A DNA stretch of 64,000 bases from the human T2T-CHM13v2.0 reference genome, Homo sapiens. Positions 24,707-37,310 of the stretch are shown here, piece after piece. A program made the translations under genes and the position numbers. The stretch lies in the NCBI RefSeq assembly GCF_009914755.1, contig NC_060927.1; one strand, written 5' to 3'. A model generated the notes under the pieces. That model worked only from the letters and a program-made list of their open reading frames with translations. It did no database searches and was not told the origin of the DNA. Position 1 is the stretch's first letter. Each line of letters begins with the position of its first letter.

Positions 24707-25950
24707 TTATTTTTGCAATATTTAATTGATTTTTTTTCTAATTGTTAAATTTTGAAAATTCTTTATATAATCTAGATACCAGTTTCTTGTCAGAAATGTG
24801 ATTTGTAAATACTTTCTCCTGATCTGTGATTTGTCTTTTAATTTTCTTAACCATGAATATGTATGCAGCAAAGCTAATCAAGACATACTTATAAGTCTTA
24901 ATGAAGTACAGTGTGCAGAATGAGGGTGTTACTGCAAACCCCCTAATTATGAGTGTGTATGCATGGGTGTGTACTTGTGTGTGCACTATTTATGGCATGA
25001 GAGTGACTCTCCAAAGAAGTTACAAAAATGTTTCATAAGAGGAAAAGCCAGCTACAAACATCAGCAAGGTCAAGCTTCAGATAGTACGTGTTAACTAAAT
25101 GATTTCCTGATAGCCTCTTTTCTCCTCCTTCCTGACCCTTCAACCTAGGCTCTGAATGGTAAAGCAGGTAAGGAAAAGAAGACAGAAGTCAATCCTCCTT
25201 AATCAGGGAACAGGCAGTGCATTTCCAGCTTTTCTTAGGAGTTAAAACAACTTTGTATGAAGTGAGAATTGATGGTTATTACATGGGACTAAACATCTAA
25301 GTATTGAACAGTACTTAAGTGTGATTTTTCTTCTCTAAATTGCCATAGAAATGTTTACAATCAATGCATGACTTGAAAATTGATAGGGCCATCTTAGTTT
25401 CAAGCAGAGAAGGGGGCATGAATGAATACATTTTGTACAGATAGTGAAAAACAAAATGAGTTGCTTTTTGAGTATATGTAACTATTCCTGTATGTTCAGT
25501 ATGCTGCTGTAACTTCTAAAAGAAATGCTACATTTATTTTGATGCGCTCTTTTGCAAGAATGTGACATAATTTATTTTACTCCTACTCTTTGGACTTTAG
25601 TTTATTTTAAATGTTGAATTGTTACAAATAATTCTAAATGATTAAACTTATATGTGTATTATTTTTAAGAAATCCATCTGCAAGAAAATTTATATGAAAT
25701 ACCAGAGGCAAAATTTTTGTGCATTTATAATTTTGGAGACATTGTTTCAACTATCTGGTCTGTTCTCCAGATGATTCCACACATTGATTTTAAATACATT
25801 TAATTTTGAATTCATTTATCATATATTACATTCCCAACAATATTTCAGTGTATTTCCAGGTTTCCTTGTCTACTCCAAAATTTACTTCTGTATGTATTAT
25901 GTTGTGCTATATCAATTAGTTTACTTTATGATATATACATTGAACTTATA

Positions 25951-26174
25951 CAGACTGAGAATCCCTTATCTGAAGTGCTTGGAGCCTAAGTGTCTTAGAT
26001 TTTTGACTCTTTCAGATTTTGAAATATTTGCATTGTATACTTAGCATCCCTAATCTGAAAACTTGAAATCATAAATGCTCCAATAAGCATTTCTCTGGAG
26101 TGTCATGTTGATACTAAAAAAGTTTTTGACTTTGGAGCATTTTGAATTTTGTATATTTTAATTATGGATGCCTG
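25951..26174 (+). mobile_element. Tigger4a (Zombi)-like DNA transposon
   Basis: cagactgagaatcccttatc...ggatgcctg with TA flanks; homologous to 12383-12604. Confidence 0.8.
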
Positions 26175-26532
26175 TATATAGTTTTTAAGTAAAAAATCAG
26201 GTAAAGATAGTATAGCTCTTTAACTCTATCTGTTATTCTTATTTTTCAGAATTTCAAAGAATTGTTCTTGCTTTTCTTCACATTACCTTTTGAACTATTG
26301 AATTCAGGAACTGGGGCTTAATAATATTTATACTTAATGTAATACATAATACAGTGCCTATTGCCTAAAATATTCTAAGTAGATTACTGAATGTTTTCTG
26401 GATTTAATTAAAATTACTTATTTTTAAATTGTAGCACCACAAAACCCATCTTCCATCTACAGAATTAGACAAGGGATGCCAATTTGAACTTTCCTATCTA
26501 GATAGCATACAACTGTCAAGCAAGAGAGAAGG

Positions 26533-26948
26533 CAATATGGTTTGGAAGTTTGTCCCCTCCAAATCTCATGTTGAGATGTGACCTTTAAGGTTGGAGGTGG
26601 GGTCTAAGTGGGTGTTATTGAATTATGGCAGTGGGTCTCTCATGAATGGCTTAACACCATCCTTTTGGTAATAAGTGAGTTCTCACTCAGTTCATGCAAG
26701 ATATGGTTGCTTAAGAGCCTGGGACCTCTGTTTTTTCTCTCTTGCACCCTCTCTCATTATGTGATATACTTGCTCCCACTTCACCCTCTGCCATGAGTGA
26801 CAGCTCCCTGAGGCCTCACCAGAAGCTGAGCAGATGGCAGTGCCATGCTTGCACAGACTACGGAATCATAGCCAATTAAATCTATTGTCTTTATAAATTA
26901 CCCAGCCTCAGGTATTTCTTTAGAGTGATGCAAAAAAGGACTTACATA
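26533..26948 (+). mobile_element. MSTB-like MaLR solo LTR
   Basis: atggtttggaagtttgtcccctccaaatctcatgttg...ataaattacccagcctcaggtatttc. Confidence 0.85.
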
Positions 26949-27149
26949 GAAAGGAAGCTGTGAAATGACAGGAACCCACAGAACTGGGATAATATTGATA
27001 AGGGAGAGACAGTTACATTTCTGGAGAAATGTGTTCGTTGAATTAATGTAGCATTTTCAAACTCACACAGCTCTTTCCTAGTAAACTAACTATAAGCATT
27101 TATATCCTATTTATCAATAGTCAACAATAAACTGAAATAAATCCTTTGT

Positions 27150-27696
27150 TTTTGCTGGGTGTGCAGCCATTTCTTATTTTGCTGATAACAGGACTCTCAT
27201 TTTCTCTCAAGAATCCCCATTTCTCATCTTCGGTTTACATAGTTATTTTAAACCTGATGTGAACCCTAGTTCCAGAGTTGGGTATAAAACCCAGTCTTCG
27301 TTAATCAGTTCCCAAACCCTGACTGACTTTAGTGAATGGCTTATTAATATACATGACTTGAGGCAGCCCATTCAGGGATGACTATCCTCAATTCAAGTAC
27401 CTTTGAAATTAAAGAAGATAAACATTTGTCTCTCACTTATATACTGTGGGAATGCAGGACTGGAACACTGGGGGTTGATCACATTGCAATAGCTTGGCTG
27501 AAAATTTAAGCAAGACACAAAGAAGAATAAATCAGAGCCAGGGGGCAAGATTACTACTGCAGATGTCATCATTTAAGCCCCTGGATCCAGCTGTGAGTTT
27601 TCATTTAGGTATGCCAATAATGTTATTAACAAAAAGACTCAAGTTAACATGTCTTGAATTTGTTGTTGCTTGCAACCAAACACTTTAATCAATACA
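27150..27696 (+). mobile_element. LTR33-like ERVL LTR
   Basis: cccctggatccagctgtg and terminal gcttgcaaccaaaacactttaatcaataca; the 5' boundary is approximate. Confidence 0.55.
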
Positions 27697-27899
27697 TGTC
27701 ATTTTAGAAATATGTTTGAAATTATTCTCGAGCTATTTTGTTCACAAGGGCATGAAGACGTGGGTGTGAATATGGGTATTATTTGTTTGTTGGTTTTACA
27801 AAACAAATTATATATTTTTTCTAAATATTCAGTAGAGTAATCTGAATTTCCTGGCAATGTTACTTGCCTCTGATAGAATTATACAAAATACCTGCCTAA

Positions 27900-28186
<287 letters not shown>

Positions 28187-28393
28187 CTAAATCATTTTTA
28201 AAAATAAGTATTTGTAGTTCTTCCTTTTGAAATTTTTGTTGTTGTTTGGTGGTTTGCATACAACCTTTCTTATCCCCTACAAAAATCTGAAGAATTATAA
28301 AGCTGACATTTCACGCCTTAAATTTCAGCGCTGTGAAAATCTCTATAAAACATATTTTTGGAGGCCAAGTTGCCAGTTGGATTGAGAGAGTCA

Positions 28394-28423
28394 TCCTAAA
28401 ATATCTAGAGTTTTCTTTGATGT

Positions 28424-28469
<46 letters not shown>

Positions 28470-28585
28470 CATATATCTATATACACACACACACACACAC
28501 ATACACATATGTGTGTATATATATGTGTGTGTGTATATATATATATTTGCTGGAGACTTCAAGGAAAACTCTAGATATTTTAGGA
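28394..28585. repeat. Inverted repeat (31-bp arms, 2 mismatches) enclosing (TA)n/(CA)n/(TG)n
   Basis: 28394-28424 tcctaaaatatctagagttttctttgatgtc versus 28555-28585 gacttcaaggaaaactctagatattttagga. Confidence 0.95.
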
Positions 28586-29769
28586 GATATATATATATAT
28601 AATCCTATATATATTTAAATATATATCTTAGTATATATATTTATTTTGTATATGTAATAGCAGTTAAAAAGATTATAGAGAACTTCATCATTTTTCCATT
28701 TTTTATATAGAAAGCTCTACCACTATTATTATTGGTATTTCAGTAGGACTATTCTGTGTGGCAACATCCAGTAGGTCTATGTTGATAAAAAAGCAGAAAT
28801 GGAAGTGAAACAACTCTACCAAAGATGCTGATGGTAGAACAGTCCTTGATGTTCTTAAAGCTTTAGGGCAGCTTAGAATAGGATCATATGACTTACGATA
28901 GTATACACATGCTGGTGACCAGGAATTTCTTGAATTTGTTTTACTGTGTTTCAGTACTGAGTACCAGTTATGCCAGGATATGCTACTGCAACATTCAAGA
29001 AACATGTGATTTGCCGGCAGCATTAAATAAATGTCAAATTAAAAAATATATGAGCCACTTGTTGATTTCCAAAAATGCATACGAGATATGCAATTGGAAA
29101 TATGTGTGTAAACATCCTATCTGTTATTTCTGAATGATAAAGCATCACCTTTCCGGTACTTCTGCCTTGGTGCTCTTGCTGTCTAGGCAAACTGTCAGTT
29201 CCTGTGACAAAGACACAGACAACACCTGCCACATTCTTTGAGCCAGTAAAAACAGCCATTTAAAGAAGCAAAGGAAATGAAAAATAATGAGCAATGATGA
29301 TAATATTTTCTCCATTGTCTTTTGTTTTAAATTTGATTTCCCTTTGGTCTCAGGTAGATTGTTTGCACTATAAAGTAATCCCATTAAGCAATCAAACAAT
29401 AGGACTGCACCTGCCAGCTATCACAGCAAAGACAGGGAAGACCCACATCCCACATCAACTCTTCTGTGACAAACACAGTATCAATTCATTATATCATCTT
29501 GGAACTGATCAGCCAGGAAAGTAGTAGTTGTTTGGTTCCATTTATGAAAAGTATGAGTGCACATGTTTTAAGAGTTTTGTATATGCTCTTGTCCCTGCAA
29601 GCTTATATAACAGGAACTTAAAGTACAAGTTAAAAGTTGTTAAAAGGCATTTTTTTCACAAAATGCCCTACAAAACATGGCATTAATGTTTACTTTTTAC
29701 TATTATTCCTTAGTCTTGTGAAGATTTAAGGGATAAAAGTACCATAAGTAAGGTAACACGAGTGTATAA

Positions 29770-30110
29770 AGGTGTATAAAGACCTGACCCCAGTGTCTGA
29801 AATTATAATAACTCTAAGGGGCTATCTCAGCTTCAGAGTCCACAGAGGATTGGCTCAGGCCTTGTGGCCACTATACAGAGCCCAAGATCACTTTCTGTCC
29901 GATTTTTATTTCTTCTCTTCTTTGGTACACTTCTTTCAACAGCCAGGAAGGTCATTGGAAAAGGGCTGTCTTAGAAATGAGGCATAATGTATTTGGGGGC
30001 AGCTTCCTTCAACTCAGGCAACTCCCAAGGATCTTGACAACTGGGTACCTGTGGGAATACATCCTAAATTCCTAAGAGGTACACCTGAGCTTGGGCTCAC
30101 ACTATCCATG
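29770..30110 (+). mobile_element. Degenerate ERVL LTR fragments (LTR40/41-like)
   Basis: aactctaaggggctatctcagcttcagagtcc...tggctcaggcc resembles the LTR40/41 internal motif. Confidence 0.45.
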
Positions 30111-30409
30111 AAACCAGTGTAATAGCTTAATATTCTGCCAAAGTATTGCTAGCCACTTTAACACAATATGTTATGGATAGCTTATTCTTTATGTTGACAT
30201 TTCAGGCTGTGTGTAATGAGTGTTATTGGCTGAGGAAACTTGACTGAATTTTATCATTTAACCAACACCCCTGGGAGAGAGAGTGAAGGCTCTTTGTGGT
30301 ATGTGGCATGTATTACTGATTTTTCTGGCTTAAATGCCAAGAACAATAACTAGCACTTAGATTTGACAGGTATTTGTGAAGTTAATGAGTGACAAGGATG
30401 GAGAAGTTA

Positions 30410-30640
30410 ATAACTAACACTTTTTTCATGCTTGCTGTGAACCAGGCAGTGTTCTACATTCTTTGCATATTTAATACTTTGAGCCCTTGCAGCATTGCAT
30501 TCCAAAAGGCACTACTGAAACTTAAAGCACTGTGACACAGGATAGTTAGGGAACTTCCCATGACCACTCAGGTACTATGTGTTGCAGCTGGCATTCAAAC
30601 TCTAAGTCTCTTACTCCAAAGTCTGTGATCTGAACCACAT
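30410..30640 (-). mobile_element. MIR
   Basis: gaaccaggcagtgttcta...cattcaaactctaagtctcttactccaaagtc. Confidence 0.6.
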
Positions 30641-31560
30641 GCATCTACTTGTGAATATTATGCTTCACTTTGCTTATAAGGACTTTTTGCCATATCTGGG
30701 TCTAGATTCACTAATCCAGTGATGAAGTAAAAGTTTTTTATCAGGAATTACCAACTATTTTTAACAAGAGCTAACAGAGTTTTTTGACCAAATCTAAATA
30801 TTTTAATGGAATTGCACTCATTCATGTCAATCATTTATCTCTTAAGATATTTGAATGTGATGCTGCTAAAGAGTTTTCAGATTGTCCCTTCTGACACATG
30901 TGCTCATCTATAGGTGCTGAGATCTGGAACACAACAATCATAATCACCTCAGTCCATAGGCCATCTTTTCTATGTTGTTGCATTAGGGCAATTGATTATT
31001 TCCCTATTTTGCACTGAAGGTCCTGCAGCCCAGGAACTTTCTTAGTTGGAGGCTAACTGGAATGGTTTCTTACTCTATGTTATACCCTCATTCTTCTTGC
31101 GAATGTCATTGCCTCCTACATCTATTTGACTTAAGAAAGCCAAATAGAAGGAAGAAGGGATTCACTGATAAATGTCCTCTTGGCCCACTTTCAGGAAGAA
31201 TAATTGACAGTGAAAGGAGGAGGAGTTTAGAATCTCCAGATCTTACACTAAAAGTTTTGTGTGTCCCTTTTGTGAGTGTTGGCTATATCCCAGCTGAGTA
31301 CACCCACTGCAGCCAGAAATTTTCAGAAATCCCTCGTACCACTTTCTTGCTCCTCCAACCTTCCCATCCCTCAGTCTTCTATATTCCAAAAAAAAAAAGC
31401 TTAAAGTTTATTTTTTCCTGGACTCACCATTCTTTCATAATTACTAAGCATACATATCAATAGTTAGAATTATGTCTGCCCTTAAGTATGATCATATTAT
31501 TTTTCATAAAAATAGTTCAGATCATAGTGTTTTACAAGCCCTGTTTCAATTTAACATGCC

Positions 31561-31729
31561 TTTTCCTTTTCGTTTTATTCTCTCTCTTTTTTATTTTTAT
31601 TTTTTATTATACTTTAAGTTCTAGGGTACATGTGCACAACGTGCAGGTTTGTTACACATGTATACGTGTGCCATGTTGAGCGTTAGGAGATATACCTAAT
31701 GTAAATGACGAGTTAATGGGTGCAGCACA
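31561..31729 (-). mobile_element. Very short young L1PA 3' end with a 51-bp 5' inversion
   Basis: Antisense to 31678 (ccatgttg), sense 31679-31729 (agcgttaggaga...gcagcaca); TSD acatgcc at 31554 and 31727. Confidence 0.9.
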
Positions 31730-32759
31730 TGCCATTTTCAAAGTAAAGTAAAAAGGTGTTATTTTGTTTGAGCTGTGTGATGTCAGTAATGATTTAATGA
31801 TGTTAATATCTTATTGTTAGAAAAAAGAAAACAACTTATTAGGCAACACTCTTGTCAACAAGATAATTCTGGTTAAACAATGTTGAAAGGAATGTTTCAA
31901 GACAAAATCAATAAAAACATAGACAAACATGAAAGATGACTAATGAGAAAATCAAGCCCTTTACACTTTGATGAATGCCATCAGAAAGTGTCAAAACTTG
32001 CAATGTATTACCAGATTAAAAAGGGCATGAAGCATTCAGAAAAACTAATTAGGGAAAACTGTACAATCACAAAAGCAACTTGAAAATGGCTGATGAGATA
32101 ATTATGTTGAATAGTCAAAGAAACCAAAGGTCTGAGGTTTATGATACTTGCTTTATCAGTGATCTAAGGTGACATTGGGGACTCAGATACCAGAATTGAG
32201 TACACCAGTTAAACATATGTTAGAATAACTTTAAATTATATTGAAGAGTAACATAAACTTTGCTAATCATTTCTCCTAAGCCATTACCCATAGCTGTATT
32301 TGTTACCTCTTGATTTGAAAACCTTAGAGGGTAAATTAATTTAGTAATATGTATTTATTATTATATTTCTGGGTCTTTCATTATATTTATAGACTAATTG
32401 CAGTTGGATACAGAGGTTATGGAAAATTCAGATGCCTCCCTTACACCAAAGTCTTGAAATACTACTTTTCTTTCCTTGTGTGTTTTGCTTGGCTTTTCAT
32501 CCCACACAAAGACAGGAAAGAGTATCTTAGAGTTTCCCTCTCTAATTCTTTCTGAAAAGAGTTAGCTATGGCATGAACACAATATTTCAAATTGGTAGGG
32601 ATGAGTATGATATAATTATTAAGCCTGGATATCTGGGCATTGCCACTGGGTTAGAGTCACCTATTTTGTTGCTGTTTGCTCAGAAGTGTTACTTAAATTC
32701 CTTATGCTGGTGAGGCTTCAACCCCATGATTTCCAAGAAAAATTTTGAGCATATAATAA

Positions 32760-33750
32760 CCTGATTTTTTCTTGCAACAGACAATAAAATGAAAAGAAGG
32801 AGATATATTGATGGAAGAACTTCAGCCAAAAGAAAACAGGAAGTGATAATCTGTGAAATTCTCAGGCCATGTAAATTGCAAAGCATATCAAAATTAATTT
32901 TGGCTTTGGAGGGAAAGCCAAGTGTGGCTGGACAATTATTTTATAATGCATCAGAAGAATTAATAGGTCAGATAATTCAGACACACAAAAGGCTGCGTGA
33001 AGACATTAGATGTGAGACCTGGAGATCCCCACACCTATCTCCTCAGAAGCCAGAAATTGAGTTAGGATTATCCAGGGAAGAGTTGTGGAAGAACTTTTGT
33101 CTAATGGAATGAATCCATGTGACATACACGGAAGACTCACAAGATACTTGAAAATGCCGTACCAGCAGAAACACTGTCAGTTTCTACTGAAAAGAACAGA
33201 GAAAAGAGAAAATGAAAGAAGGCTGTGAGACTCTCAAAATTTTACAAGCAGAAAACAGGATGATAAAATTATCAAGCTTCAAATAAATGCTACTACCCTT
33301 CATGAAAAAGGAAGAATGACTCTAAGATTGGATCTGTGAACACACAGGGCAGAACCTTCAACCACATAGTATAACTCCCAGGCCTTAAAACGTAATCCAG
33401 TTTTACTGGAATTTTAAATAACTTAGCTCTTATGACTCCTTTGTTCTTTTGTTTTCTTCCTTTTGAATGGGAATCTGTTCATCTATTCCTATCCTTCCAT
33501 TTTATTTTGGGAGCAGATAACTTGTTTACTGGTTTTACAGCTCTACAGAAGAAGAGAAACTTGGTTCCAGGATGGATTATATCTACAGTCTCATCTTTAT
33601 CTGATTTATTTGAATAAGATAATAAGAACTGGGATTTATGTGATGAGGCTGATATGAAATTTTGAATTTAAGTTAATACTCCAGTAGGTTGAGACTTCAG
33701 GTGACCTTAGGGTAGGATGAATGTATTTGTCTGTGGGATAGGTATGAATT
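32760..33750 (+). mobile_element. MaLR (MLT1) internal sequence, 3' part
   Basis: ctcagaagccagaaattgagttaggattatcc...gatgaatgtatttgtctgtgggataggtatgaat, the characteristic end of MLT1-int. Confidence 0.7.
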
Positions 33751-34059
33751 ATTTTTTATTGATATACAATATACGTACATATTTATGGGGTACATGTGAT
33801 ATTTTGTTACATGCATAGAATGTATAATACCAAGTGAGGGTACTTGAGATAACTGTCACTTCGAGTATTTATCATTTCTACGTGTCAAGAACATTTCAGA
33901 TGCTTTCTTCTAGCTATTTTGACATATACAATATATTTTAGTTAAATTTGGTCACCCTACTCTGCTATCAAACATGAGAACTTAGTCTTTCTATGTAATG
34001 ATATGTTTGTATCCATTAAGCAACCTCTATTTATGCATCTCCTCCCCTGCAACACACAT

Positions 34060-34091
<32 letters not shown>

Positions 34092-36146
34092 TCTTCGGCA
34101 TCTGGTATCTATCATTCTACTCTCTAACTTTATAATATCAACTTCTTAGCTTCACATATAAGTGAAATGTGTGATACTTGTCTTTCTATGCTTGGCTTAT
34201 TTCACTTAATATAATGACCTCTAGCCTCTAGCTCCATCCACATTGCCACAAATGACTTGATTTCATTCTCTTCTTATGGCAGAATAGTATTCCACTGTGT
34301 AATTATACCACATTGTCTTTATCTCCTCATCCATTGATGGACACTTGGGTTGATTCCATATCTTTGCTATAGTGAATGGTGGTGCTATTGTGAATAGTGG
34401 TGCAGGTAACCTTTTGATATACTGATTTCTTTTCTTTTGGATAAATACCCAGTAGTGAGATTGCTGGATCATATGGTAGTTTTATTTTTAGTTTTCTGAT
34501 TAATCTCCGTACTATTTTTAATTGTGCTGTACTTATTTACATTCCTACCAACAGTGTATAAATGTTCCATTTTCTCTACATCCTTGCTGCAAACTGTAAT
34601 GTTTTATCTTTGTAGTAATAGCTAATATAACTGGGATGACAGATCTTTGTGGTTTGAATTTGTATTTCCCTAACAACAAGTGATGTTGAGCATTTTTAAA
34701 TATACCTCTTGGCCATTTATATGTCTTTTTTTTGAGAAATGCCTAGTCATGTATTTTTTGCCCATGTTTTAATGGAATGATGATGATTATTATTATTATT
34801 ACTGTTGAGTTGTTTGAGTCTCTTGTATATTCTGGATATGAATTCCTATTTTGCAAATATTTTCTCCTATTCAACAGGTTGTCTTTCCTTCTGTTGATTG
34901 TTTCATTTGCCAAGCAGAAGTTTTCTAGTTTAATACACTCCCATTAATCTATTTTCTGTTTTGTTTCCTGTGCTGTGCTGTGGAGGTCCTAGCCTCAAAA
35001 TTCTTGCCTAGGCCAATGTCCTGTAGTGTTTCCCCTATATTTTATTCTAGTGGTTTATACTTTTGAGATTTATGTTTAAGTCTTTAATCAATCTTGAGTT
35101 TATTTTTGTATATGATGAGAAATAGGGGTCCAGTCTCATTCTTCTGCATATAAATATCCAATTTTCCCAGCATCATTTCTTGAAAAAGGTGTCCTTTCTT
35201 CAAAGTATGTTGTTGGCGCCTTTGTTGAACATCTGTAGGCTATATATGTGGATTTATTTATGGGTTCTCTATTCTTTGTTTTATCTTTTGTAATTTTTTA
35301 TTTTTGTGGGTACATAGTGGTATATATATTTATGGTATACATGAGATACTTTATTATAGGCACGCAATGTGCAATAATCACATCATGGTAAATAGAGTAA
35401 CTATCCACTTAAGCATTTATCCTTTGTGTTACAAAAAATCAAATTGTAATATTTAGTTTTTTCAAATGTACATTTAAATTATTGTTAACTATAGTCACCC
35501 TGTTGTGCTATCAGATACTAGCTCTTATTCATTCTATGATTTTTTTTTTGTCCAAATTAACCATACCCACTTCTCCATACTCCTCACTTTCCTTCCCCGC
35601 CTCTGGTAACCATCCTTCTACTCTCTGTCTCCATCAGTTAAATTGTTCTAATTTTCAGCTCTCACAAATTAGTAAGAACATGTGAAATTTGTCTTTCTGT
35701 GCCTGAACTATTTGACTAAACATAATGACCTCCAGTTCCATCCATGTTGTCACAAATGACAGCAACTCTTTCTTTCTTAATGGTTAAATAGTACTCCGTT
35801 GTGTATAAGTACCACATTTTCTCTATCTGTTCATCTGTTGATGGACAATTAGGTTGATTCTAAGTCTTGTTTATTTTAAATAGTGCTCCAATAAACATGG
35901 GAGTGCAGATATTTTTTCAATATACTGATTTCCTTTATTTTGAGTATATTACCTAATAGTGTGATTAGTGTGATGTGTGATCATATGGTAGCTCTACTTT
36001 TAATTTTTTGAGGAACCTCCAAACTGTTTTCCATAGTGGCCATTCAAATTTACATTGAACCAACTGTGTATGAGGGTTCCCTTTTCTCCACATCTACTCC
36101 AGAATTTGTTATTGCCTGTCTTTTGGATAAAAGTCATTTCAACTGA

Positions 36147-36607
<461 letters not shown>

Positions 36608-36899
36608 TAGTTTTATTTTTCTATAGAGCTGTTTGAGCTTCCAGATACTCTGGTTATTAATCCCTCTTTAAATGGGTAGTTTTCAAATATTTTCTCCATT
36701 CTGTGGGTTATCACTTCATGTTGTTGACTGTTTCTTCTTTGATGTACAGAAGCTTTTTAATACAATGTGATCACATTTGTCCATTTTTACTTTGCCTGTG
36801 AAATTTTTGCCTAGACCAATGTCCTTGATAGTTTCCTGAATGTTTTCTTTTAGCAGTTTCCTGGTTTCAGGTATTAGATATAAGTATTTAATTCATTTT

Positions 36900-37310
36900 T
36901 TTAATTTTGTGTAATTTACTCACTTAAAATGTTTCATACATATTAATATATTCATTCAGTTGTTCAATCATCACCAAAGTTTAATTTTATAACATTTTTG
37001 GTATCCTCAAAGAGTCCCAGTACCCATTAGCAGTCACTTCCCATTTCTCCTCCACCTTACATCGTTAGGCAACCACTGTCTAAACTTGCCTGTTTGGGAG
37101 ATTTTATATAAATGGAATAATAAAAATGTACTCTTGGTTCTGGTTTCTTTTACGCAGCATGATATTTACAAGAATATACTTTCACCCAGGTTGCAGCATG
37201 TGTCAGTACTTCATTCCTTTTGTTGGTCAATAACATGATATCATATATATGATATATGATATACCATATTGTATTTATCCACTCATCAGTTAATTAACAT
37301 TGGGGTTGTT
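36900..37310 (-). mobile_element. L1MB-like 3'UTR fragment embedded in ORF2 of the inner L1MA
   Basis: gtacccattagcagtcacttcccatttc...taggcaaccact...atataaatggaataat...gtcagtacttcattcctttt; the host L1 rejoins as attcatttt|gatttgatttt. Confidence 0.75.

Larger units (their letters stand above)
22176..24910 (-). mobile_element. L1MC-like 3' region, interrupted by MSTA, a TA-rich repeat and an Alu
   Basis: Antisense L1MC-type 3'UTR motifs (ctctggcaaccactaatctg; tataaatggaatgatacaatat) and an ORF2 remnant at 24738-24860 (IKRQITDQEKVFTNHISDK). Confidence 0.7.

Noticed and set aside
31062-31463. 133-aa ORF in non-repeat DNA
   Set aside because: No recognisable domain, splice context or coding-like composition; length compatible with chance.
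32789-33112. 107-aa ORF
   Set aside because: Lies within decayed MaLR internal sequence; no evidence of domestication.
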